This document shows positions 57,341-64,000 of a stretch of DNA of 64,000 nucleotides, one piece after another. Source of the stretch: an uncultured Rickettsiales bacterium (lineage in GTDB: Bacteria > Pseudomonadota > Alphaproteobacteria > Micavibrionales > GCA-2720935); the NCBI GenBank assembly GCA_950054255.1, contig CATLOR010000003.1, positions 121,816 through 185,815 on the forward strand, read 5' to 3'. Numbering within the stretch: position 1 is the stretch's first letter; every line of letters starts with the position of its first letter. The notes under the pieces are model-generated. The model saw nothing but the letters and a program-made list of their open reading frames with translations. It was not told where the DNA came from and ran no database searches. The translations under genes were made by a program, and so were the position numbers.

Positions 57341-57799
57341 TCAGCTATTTGAACGAAACTTTGAAAGCGCTCTCTGACCAAACCAAAACGACATAACCGC
57401 AGCAAAAAGAGCCTGTGTTTCAATATCCCAAATGGCAATTAAGCTGTCGGTGATGGGTGCGCCACTATCGAGTAGATTGAGCAATGCTGATATTTTGACG
57501 GTCGCAAATAAAGCGAAGAATGCGTATGTCAAAATCGGGCGGACAGATGCTCTTAAGGCTTCAACCCAGCGCACACCACTAGGCTGGCTTGCGTGTTTGT
57601 AAAGAGCTTGGCTTTCTGAAATATCAGCCTGCACATGGATTTCTTCCGAGCGTTGATTATGCCCTTGCTTTTGTGCCTCCATCTGCCGATCAAGAATGGC
57701 AAGCTCATGTTTTTTGTCGCTGCGATCCTGCCAAATATTCAGAAAGTCTGGGAACGCAGATGAAATAAAGCCGATCAGGCTTCCAAGTAATGTAAGCAT
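57341..57799 (-). CDS. Putative 3-TM holin (GTA_holin_3TM/DUF3154-like)
   Basis: 152 aa. One N-terminal TM, a charged central region, two C-terminal TMs and an ending FGQRALSKF. It lies just upstream of the endolysin. Confidence 0.5.
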   Translation of the reverse strand: MLTLLGSLIGFISSAFPDFLNIWQDRSDKKHELAILDRQMEAQKQGHNQRSEEIHVQADISESQALYKHASQPSGVRWVEALRASVRPILTYAFFALFATVKISALLNLLDSGAPITDSLIAIWDIETQALFAAVMSFWFGQRALSKFRSNS

Positions 57800-57832
57800 A
57801 GTATTTTCTCCTTTTTGAGTTGTTGAAATTGA

Positions 57833-58093
57833 TTATTTAGGGGTACGTAAAAATTTGAGATCGTCGCGGATATCAATGATCTGCACTTTTATGGCGGCAA
57901 GATCTTCGCGCATTTCACCGACAACTTTGCGTCCCGTGATATCGTTATTGACGAGGGTTTCGACGGTGTTTAGACGAGCATTTAAAATGGCTAGGCGTGA
58001 GCTGATCCATGAGGTCAGCTTTACGAGCGCAACAAGTATGGCCAAACTGTGAGCGATAATGCCCACAGCCAAGCCCCATTCTGCAGGGGTCAT
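57833..58093 (-). CDS. Small membrane protein with coiled-coil (lysis-cassette accessory?)
   Basis: 86 aa. One TM (GLAVGIIAHSLAILVALV), then a helical region. Confidence 0.3.
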   Translation of the reverse strand: MTPAEWGLAVGIIAHSLAILVALVKLTSWISSRLAILNARLNTVETLVNNDITGRKVVGEMREDLAAIKVQIIDIRDDLKFLRTPK

Positions 58094-58121
58094 GCTTTTT
58101 CTCCTTAGTTAGTTTTGTTTT

Positions 58122-60377
58122 TTAGATATCGGCGGTATGCACCAGCGGATTTTCAACGACAGAGGCAATCTCAATAAGATCGCCACGTGGCTTGATGGCT
58201 GTGACACGCGCCAGCACAGCCCAATCCTCTCCAATACCAAAGGAAAAGTGCGTGCGTTCTTCTGCACTGCCTGTGTAGGGCGCAAAATCAATTTCATCGA
58301 GCAGTTCGACTTGCGTTTCCCTTCCAGTAGTGACGACTTCCCACGGACCACTGATCGAACCATCACGCTTGCGCAAGGCGATGTAATGGCTATTGCCATC
58401 TTTAAATGTCACTGGCTCAGACAAAATCAGGATAGGATGCTCATACGCGACCACGTCGCCAGCTTCACCCCAGCGCGGCATATCATGAGAGATGGCGATC
58501 AGATCACCATAGGTCGGGATCAAGCCCTCCAGCTCTGTTCTAAAATTAACCATGCGCCGACGATAACGATTAGCCGCCGCCATATACAGACCTTCACGCA
58601 TAGCATGATCTTTATTCGTACAGCCGAAAAGCGAAACAGTGGCTGGTTGCTCTGCATTGCTATCTGGAAGGCTGGCGGTCACTTCATCTGGCTTCCATGT
58701 CTTTTGATTAAAAAACTCAACGGTGACGCTATCTGCCGTATCTTCGCCTGGCATCACATAGTCGATTTTAAAACTGCTCTTTACGATATTGCGCGGGGAG
58801 AACAAGGCAACAGGTAGCGTCTTCGGCTCATCCCGCACAAATCGAACCAGTCCACCTTGTAAAAACGGAATAGCGCGACCACACCGCGCCACTTGCGTTA
58901 AAGCGTCCCAGACTGTGCGCTTACTATCAAAAACACCGTTAAATGTATCGCCGCGCGTTTGCCAAATCATATCCAGCGCCACCAGCGCCTGCAGATCAAT
59001 CCGGCTATCTTCTAAATCCGCGCCATAGCTTGCCTTTAAAATATCAGCCATCGCCCACGCGATAGATTGTGTGACTTGAACACTGCTCCAGCCATTTTGA
59101 TCATCCCAAATTGATAATTTGCGCGTTACGATACAATTCACCATCCGCGATGAGCGCTGAGATAAATTATCCGTTGCCCGCATTTTCATGGCCAGCAATG
59201 TTACATTCCCAAAATTAGGGGTATGAATTAAATGGGCTTTCAGCGCGTTCCAATTTAAATCATTGCCAGCTCTGGCAGAATTATCTTTGGCATTGGTGCG
59301 GATCGCTTGAACCTCATACCGCCCCGCCGCCACAGAATATTTATAGGTATTGCGAATGGCTGTATTGGTGTTTGCCGTATGTGTTTCTGTTCCCAGCGTG
59401 ATCCATGAGCCTAAAGCCGCGCCATCATCATCGATAAGGCGTGCTTGCACTTCCCATGTAACCGTTCGATTGTTTAAAGAGCCGCTGTCATTCGCGTAAT
59501 ACAGCCCCTTGGGCATAATAATATCAAGGCTGATCAGATCCGTTGTTGTCTCAGCAGGGTTTACAACAAACGGTCCAATCCAATCCCCACCATCGGCAAT
59601 ATTTAGAAGCTCTTGCCCTGCAACCTCTGGCGCAGTGACGACATCCGTATCAAACAAGCTGACTGCGCCATTGGGCTGAATGACTTCATACACAATCTCC
59701 TCAAAGGAGCTGATCGGCGTATCCTCGATGCGGATTTGCTCAATATCATATTCACCTTGACCAATCACATGGAGCTGGAAAAGGAATTGATCATTGCCCT
59801 CAAATTCTGCATAAGGCGTTGCACCAAAATCGGGATACACAACGTGCCGACCGTACACAACAGGTATTGGCTCACCAAGGCGGGCTTGGTTGCCTTGCGC
59901 CTGCAGGGAATATGTTGGACTGGGGCTAGTGGCGTTATAATTACTGATCGCAGAGCTTGGCATTGGCGGCGGAATAAGCGCATTAACCAGCGCTGAGCCA
60001 GCCAAAGCAATCCCAGCGGTAATAAGCGATGTACCAATAGCGCTCGTTACGCCCAGCGTGCCTGCAAGCGCCGCACCCGCATAAGGCGCAGCCACCATGA
60101 CGGCAATGGTTAAAACCGTCCGCAGGATTTTACCGCCACCACCGCCGCCTTGAGGAAGCGTGATGAAACTGATCACCGTATCTTTGGCAATAACCACCAG
60201 TGCCCAGTTTTTTTTAAGCACAGGTTCACCATCAACAAGACACAATGTTGGCTTTGTGAATTCTACGATGCCGCGTTCATCAAGCCAGCCACGTATTGTT
60301 TGCCCGAGTTTCGGGGTGAACAAATCAACGTTTAGATGCAGATGAAATGGGTTATGATGAATGGCAATTTGAGCCAT
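58122..60377 (-). CDS. Phage host-specificity / tail-tip protein (lambda J-like, Phage-tail_3-like)
   Basis: 751 aa. Follows an NlpC/P60 gene as in L-K-I-J-type modules. Has an N-terminal Gly-rich hydrophobic region (GGGGGGKILRTVLTIAVMVAAPYAGAALAG). Confidence 0.6.
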   Translation of the reverse strand: MAQIAIHHNPFHLHLNVDLFTPKLGQTIRGWLDERGIVEFTKPTLCLVDGEPVLKKNWALVVIAKDTVISFITLPQGGGGGGKILRTVLTIAVMVAAPYAGAALAGTLGVTSAIGTSLITAGIALAGSALVNALIPPPMPSSAISNYNATSPSPTYSLQAQGNQARLGEPIPVVYGRHVVYPDFGATPYAEFEGNDQFLFQLHVIGQGEYDIEQIRIEDTPISSFEEIVYEVIQPNGAVSLFDTDVVTAPEVAGQELLNIADGGDWIGPFVVNPAETTTDLISLDIIMPKGLYYANDSGSLNNRTVTWEVQARLIDDDGAALGSWITLGTETHTANTNTAIRNTYKYSVAAGRYEVQAIRTNAKDNSARAGNDLNWNALKAHLIHTPNFGNVTLLAMKMRATDNLSQRSSRMVNCIVTRKLSIWDDQNGWSSVQVTQSIAWAMADILKASYGADLEDSRIDLQALVALDMIWQTRGDTFNGVFDSKRTVWDALTQVARCGRAIPFLQGGLVRFVRDEPKTLPVALFSPRNIVKSSFKIDYVMPGEDTADSVTVEFFNQKTWKPDEVTASLPDSNAEQPATVSLFGCTNKDHAMREGLYMAAANRYRRRMVNFRTELEGLIPTYGDLIAISHDMPRWGEAGDVVAYEHPILILSEPVTFKDGNSHYIALRKRDGSISGPWEVVTTGRETQVELLDEIDFAPYTGSAEERTHFSFGIGEDWAVLARVTAIKPRGDLIEIASVVENPLVHTADI

Positions 60378-60786
60378 CGCTCATTTCTCCTTTGTAACGA
60401 TAATAATTTTCAATTTTCCAACCTGTTAGGCTGAGGCTTTGGAGGTTTTGAAACACCACGCCAGCGCCTTGCATGCAGTGAAGTAGCCCACCGCCATCAA
60501 CATCGAGCCACACGCCAACGTGAATGGGATGTCGGCTTTGACGCATGAGGGCAATATCACCCTCTATCGGATTTTTAACAGTATCCCAGTTTTGCTTTTC
60601 AGGATGCGCATCAAAGGTTTTGATCAGCTGACGCAGATTGCTTTCCTCAACGGGGATAATCTCAAGCTCAAGGCCATAAAATCGGCGATGAATATCAACA
60701 ACCAGTCCCCAGCAATCAAAGTCTTCAGGACCATCTGATGCCACCTTCCAAGGCTTGCCAATATAATCTGTTGCCCAATGTGTCAT
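60352..60786 (-). CDS. Phage NlpC/P60 (C40) peptidase, lambda K-like
   Basis: 144 aa. Catalytic Cys context FDCWGLV and a downstream His (HPIHVGVWL). Confidence 0.7.
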   Translation of the reverse strand: MTHWATDYIGKPWKVASDGPEDFDCWGLVVDIHRRFYGLELEIIPVEESNLRQLIKTFDAHPEKQNWDTVKNPIEGDIALMRQSRHPIHVGVWLDVDGGGLLHCMQGAGVVFQNLQSLSLTGWKIENYYRYKGEMSDGSNCHSS

Positions 60787-60795
60787 CTCGCCTCC

Positions 60796-61365
60796 TTATC
60801 TTGTTAAGCCCGCAAAACGTAATGCATTGTAAGTTTCTGACGGAAAGGCTTTATTCCCGACATCAAGCATGCGGGCTTTGCCGGTCACGCGTGATGCATC
60901 CGCGCTGACTTCCGTTAATACCAGCGTAAATGGTGGGTCCATTTGAGGCCCTTCAAAATCATCTGATAAATATGGGCGATAGGTGATCTCAATTTTATCC
61001 TGACTTTCAGCAGCGCGATCCAGATGCGTGACAATCTCACGGCTAACATTATCCAGCGTAATGCTGATTTCAGGCACAGGCGCAGTATCAACAGGCGGTA
61101 ATTCCAAATCAAAACCCATCGCGATAAAATCAACCATCGCACCGCCATCTAAAGGCGCAGAAGATTCAAGCCGTGCTGTTAGCTCTTGGTTATCGCGCAC
61201 CACCCGAATGGCAATGGATTTCCCATCATCATCGATAAAAGATGGATGGCGTAATTCTAGCGTGTGCAAAATAACAACATCACTCGGCGCAGAAGCATAG
61301 GCTTCCCGCAGGGCTTCTGATAATGCGTTATTCGGCATCTTTGGCATCCTCCCACGCTTTGTCAT
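60796..61365 (-). CDS. Phage minor tail protein (DUF1833-like, tentative)
   Basis: 189 aa. The call rests on its position upstream of the K-like and J-like genes and on ALREAYASAPSDVVILHTLELRHP. Confidence 0.4.
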   Translation of the reverse strand: MTKRGRMPKMPNNALSEALREAYASAPSDVVILHTLELRHPSFIDDDGKSIAIRVVRDNQELTARLESSAPLDGGAMVDFIAMGFDLELPPVDTAPVPEISITLDNVSREIVTHLDRAAESQDKIEITYRPYLSDDFEGPQMDPPFTLVLTEVSADASRVTGKARMLDVGNKAFPSETYNALRFAGLTR

Positions 61366-61786
61366 TCAGATAATCTAGCGCCACACCATCAATGAATGAA
61401 TTTTCAATCTCATCAGAACGCTTGCGGATCTCTTTCACACGAGCAAGCAGGTCTTGGGCTTCGATAAGGTCTTGTTTTTCATCATCGCCTAGATCATCTC
61501 TGCCATCCAAAAGATACAAATCTGCCAGCGCATTTTGTTGTTTCCATGAAGGTGCAACGGCATTAATACGGCGACCAGCTTCTTCCTTGATTTGCTGAAT
61601 AAGCAGGCTGGATTTAATAACGTCTTCCAGCTCACTGTCTTCAACATTCTTGCTACCTTTGGCGGGCTTCACCCCTTTAGCAAAAGCGTAATAGTGCCGA
61701 TCATCTAAATCACCTAAGTGAATAGGCGCGACTTCGCTTTCAGCAAAGCTGGGTGCTTTGCTGATTAAATATGATTTAATTTTCAT
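61328..61786 (-). CDS. Putative tail-fibre assembly/chaperone-like protein (DUF4376-like, tentative)
   Basis: 152 aa, directly downstream of the fibre gene. Contains the APSWKQQNALADL motif. Confidence 0.3.
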   Translation of the reverse strand: MKIKSYLISKAPSFAESEVAPIHLGDLDDRHYYAFAKGVKPAKGSKNVEDSELEDVIKSSLLIQQIKEEAGRRINAVAPSWKQQNALADLYLLDGRDDLGDDEKQDLIEAQDLLARVKEIRKRSDEIENSFIDGVALDYLNDKAWEDAKDAE

Positions 61787-61796
61787 GATTTTCTCC

Positions 61797-63458
61797 TTAA
61801 AAGATTACATTTTTGAGGGTTTTAACGTCGTGCAAATTGCCCGTTTGTGTACCGGTTTCTCCGTAGGAGTTATTATCTCCAGAGGCATCGACGCGTCCAT
61901 CGTCATATAAAACACCCAACCCCCAAGAGGCTGTGCCATGCCCATAACAATTCCAATCTTCGATAACACCTGATTGACCTAACACACATTTGAACGTGTT
62001 ATTCGTGCCTGCTGTTGAGTCTATGCCAAGATTGCCATTGCCTGAATAACCAGCGGCCCACAGTTCATCACCAGATTGGATAATGCACCCGTCATAACTG
62101 GCCCCGCCGCCTATACGCACGCGGGAAACATTGCCTTGAAAAGAGCCGTTAGGTTTAAAGGGTGAGAGCTGGTTCGTCGTATTGCCGGTGCCAAGCTGCC
62201 CATAGCCATTATTACCCCATAGGTAGACTTCATCCTGATCAGTAATTCCACCTGATACGGGATAGCGACCATCACCTGCAAAAATGTCAATAAAGCTCTC
62301 GCTATGGCTTATTTGTGAAAAGCTCGTGCGGTTGGTGGTATCGCCATGCCCCAGTTGGCCATAGCCATTATACCCAGCGCTCCATATTGAACCGTCGGAA
62401 AGAAGAACTAAGCCATGCCCAGTTGGGCCAGCTCCTGCCGTGTTGTAGCCACATGATGCGACAGCTTTCACAGCAGTATTAATGGATGAGTGTAAAATAG
62501 GTGTTTGACGATTGGTGGTATCACCAAGTCCTAATTGACCTTGAGCATTATATCCCCAGACCCATAATGCGCCATTATCTTGAATGGCATAAACCGTATG
62601 GGGAAGCCCAGAGACTGAAACATCAACAATATCAATTAAAGACCCACATCGCACAGGTGTGTATTGATTGGCTGATGTACCGTTGCCCAAGTTACCGTTT
62701 GAATTTATACCGCAAGCATAAACCTTTCCGTCGGTCGTTAAGAAATACGCACACGCATGATCATAATAATTAGGACGACCCGGGATAATCTTTGCAATCT
62801 GAATATTATTTTGAACAAAAAATTCTATCCGTTTGGCAACAGCGCGATTGGCAGTATCACCATGACCGAGCTGGCCATAATTATTATATCCCCATGACCA
62901 GACCTCACCATTAGCGGTTAAACCGTAATGCTGCATCCCGCCTGAAAACACATCGACAAAACGCACATCAGGATCTTCCGTCGCCACGCGATTTGGCAGA
63001 TAAATATGCGATCCATTAGGATCACCATTTGAATAGTTGCCGCCATATCCGCAAGCCTTAATCGTACCATCGGCCATGAGGTAAACACGTGTGTACCAAC
63101 CGCCCATGCCATTGACTTTGGCGATTTTCCAAACACGGCGTGACGGATTTAAAGATTGATCGCGCCATGCCGGTTGATTGCCAACCATCTGCAAAACTTG
63201 TGCATTGCTACCTCTAGCTAACCGCGCAGGAATAGCACCATCATGAATCAATAAATCACCTTCTTGGCTTAGCTGATCCGTGCCAGCGGCAAGAACTCCC
63301 CAGTCGTTTCCTTCAACGGGAATTGAATTCAAAACTTCCTGTAACGCTATAAAGCTCGAGCCTTGATAAGATACGGCATCGTCTTTGACGTAGGTTGTGC
63401 CTGCATCATACGCACCGCGCCAATTAATACGAATATTTCCAAGATCAATAACAGCCAT
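61797..63458 (-). CDS. Phage tail fibre/receptor-binding protein with seven RCC1-like repeats
   Basis: 553 aa. Repeats are GYNNYGQLGHGDTANR, GINSNGNLGNGTSANQ, GYNAQGQLGLGDTTNR, GYNGYGQLGHGDTTNR and GNNGYGQLGTGNTTNQ, plus two degenerate copies. The N-terminus NWRGAYDAGTTYVKDDAVSYQGSSFIAL resembles a fibre N-terminal motif. Confidence 0.7.
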   Translation of the reverse strand: MAVIDLGNIRINWRGAYDAGTTYVKDDAVSYQGSSFIALQEVLNSIPVEGNDWGVLAAGTDQLSQEGDLLIHDGAIPARLARGSNAQVLQMVGNQPAWRDQSLNPSRRVWKIAKVNGMGGWYTRVYLMADGTIKACGYGGNYSNGDPNGSHIYLPNRVATEDPDVRFVDVFSGGMQHYGLTANGEVWSWGYNNYGQLGHGDTANRAVAKRIEFFVQNNIQIAKIIPGRPNYYDHACAYFLTTDGKVYACGINSNGNLGNGTSANQYTPVRCGSLIDIVDVSVSGLPHTVYAIQDNGALWVWGYNAQGQLGLGDTTNRQTPILHSSINTAVKAVASCGYNTAGAGPTGHGLVLLSDGSIWSAGYNGYGQLGHGDTTNRTSFSQISHSESFIDIFAGDGRYPVSGGITDQDEVYLWGNNGYGQLGTGNTTNQLSPFKPNGSFQGNVSRVRIGGGASYDGCIIQSGDELWAAGYSGNGNLGIDSTAGTNNTFKCVLGQSGVIEDWNCYGHGTASWGLGVLYDDGRVDASGDNNSYGETGTQTGNLHDVKTLKNVIF

Positions 63459-63470
63459 AATGTTCTCCTT

Positions 63471-63995
63471 TTAAATGTTAATAAGTAAATGGCCGTTTTC
63501 GTTAACGGCGTAATTCATTCCGGGTAATCCAATCATCCATACTGGGAATTCACTGGCATCAAATGTGCCTTCACCAGATACGGCGATCAGCTTCGCACCA
63601 TCTTTTCTCAAGCCGTAAAACACGGCCTTAGACTCAATCGGCTCATAACCATCTTCTGTTTCGTTAATGGCTAATAATTGGCCTGCACGGCCATTTAAAT
63701 CCGTGGGAAGGTTTAAGCTATTTGCTACAGTTTGCGCTGTTTGCGCATGTGTTTCAGCTTCATCGGCTTTTTGCGAAACGGTATCGACGGCATCTGCCAG
63801 TTGATCCGCCGTCGCTTCAAGGTCTGTTAAACCTGCTTGAATGGTAGCTTCAATATCTTTGATGGCTTTGGCAGGCGTTTTAACATTGCCACCCTCGGTA
63901 GGCACTTCTGTTTGGTCATCACCGTGAATAATATTATGCAGAATTTGACTGTCACTCTCCACGCGTGCAACAGCATCCTGCAGATCAGTCTGCAA
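63471..63995 (-). CDS. Phage fibrous/coiled-coil structural protein (may continue beyond the window)
   Basis: 174 aa from the first Met in the window. The N-terminal half is helical and Ala/Gln/Asp-rich. The open frame reaches the right edge. Confidence 0.35.
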   Translation of the reverse strand: MQTDLQDAVARVESDSQILHNIIHGDDQTEVPTEGGNVKTPAKAIKDIEATIQAGLTDLEATADQLADAVDTVSQKADEAETHAQTAQTVANSLNLPTDLNGRAGQLLAINETEDGYEPIESKAVFYGLRKDGAKLIAVSGEGTFDASEFPVWMIGLPGMNYAVNENGHLLINI

Positions 63996-64000
63996 GGTCA

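Larger units (their letters stand above)
41844..64000. mobile_element. Probable prophage end carrying an accessory defence island; extends beyond the right window edge
   Basis: A switch occurs from housekeeping/regulatory genes to DUF2924-like genes, nuclease/MTase/RT genes, and then phage lysis and tail genes. Spot counts of 60-nt stretches suggest higher GC in the phage and MTase parts than in the backbone. No integrase or att site was seen in the window. Confidence 0.55.

Noticed and set aside
1-64000. Search for tRNA, rRNA or tmRNA genes as integration targets.
   Set aside because: I could not recognise cloverleaf-compatible sequence or rRNA-like conserved blocks in any intergenic region by eye. 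This is a weak negative and needs tRNAscan-SE and Infernal.

Overview
Low-GC bacterial window, probably alphaproteobacterial. The hints are a GTTC-N7-GTTC SOS box, a short ProRS and a GTA-type 3-TM holin. No homology search was possible, so all family calls rest on motifs read in the ORF translations. I see three blocks.

(1) 1-41.7 kb is chromosomal backbone. It carries housekeeping genes (gmk, pnp, proS, hemN, gpmA-like) and envelope glycosyltransferases. It also carries a PAS-MCP, a chaperone/usher-like fimbrial cluster with DUF4402/spore-coat-U-like subunits, and a SET-like protein. Further along are a TPR-sulfotransferase and a Y-family polymerase with an SOS box. The block ends with an LssB/LssD/TolC type I secretion locus, its 1670-aa RTX-like substrate containing an embedded C-type-lectin-like domain, and a histidine kinase/response regulator pair.

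(2) About 41.8-56.5 kb is an accessory, defence-type island. It starts with two tandem DUF2924-like genes. A minus-strand trio follows: a 120-aa unknown, a TM-anchored AlbA_2 protein and a DUF2779-like Cas4/DnaQ-type nuclease. The main candidate for something new is a seven-gene, tightly coupled plus-strand operon. Its genes are an HTH, an MmeI-family (YeeA-like) N6-adenine methyltransferase, an AlbA_2 protein, an SF2 helicase (YeeB-like), a T5orf172/GIY-YIG protein (YeeC-like) and two adjacent YVDD reverse transcriptases (DRT3/UG3+UG8-like). A structured non-coding tail with an ACACACACA tract follows the second RT.

(3) 56.5-64 kb is a phage lysis and tail module on the minus strand. It contains a GH24 lysozyme, a holin, a J-like host-specificity protein, an NlpC/P60 peptidase and a seven-repeat RCC1-like tail fibre. 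The defence genes therefore appear to sit in the accessory slot at a prophage end.

I recognised no rRNA, tRNA or CRISPR array by eye.
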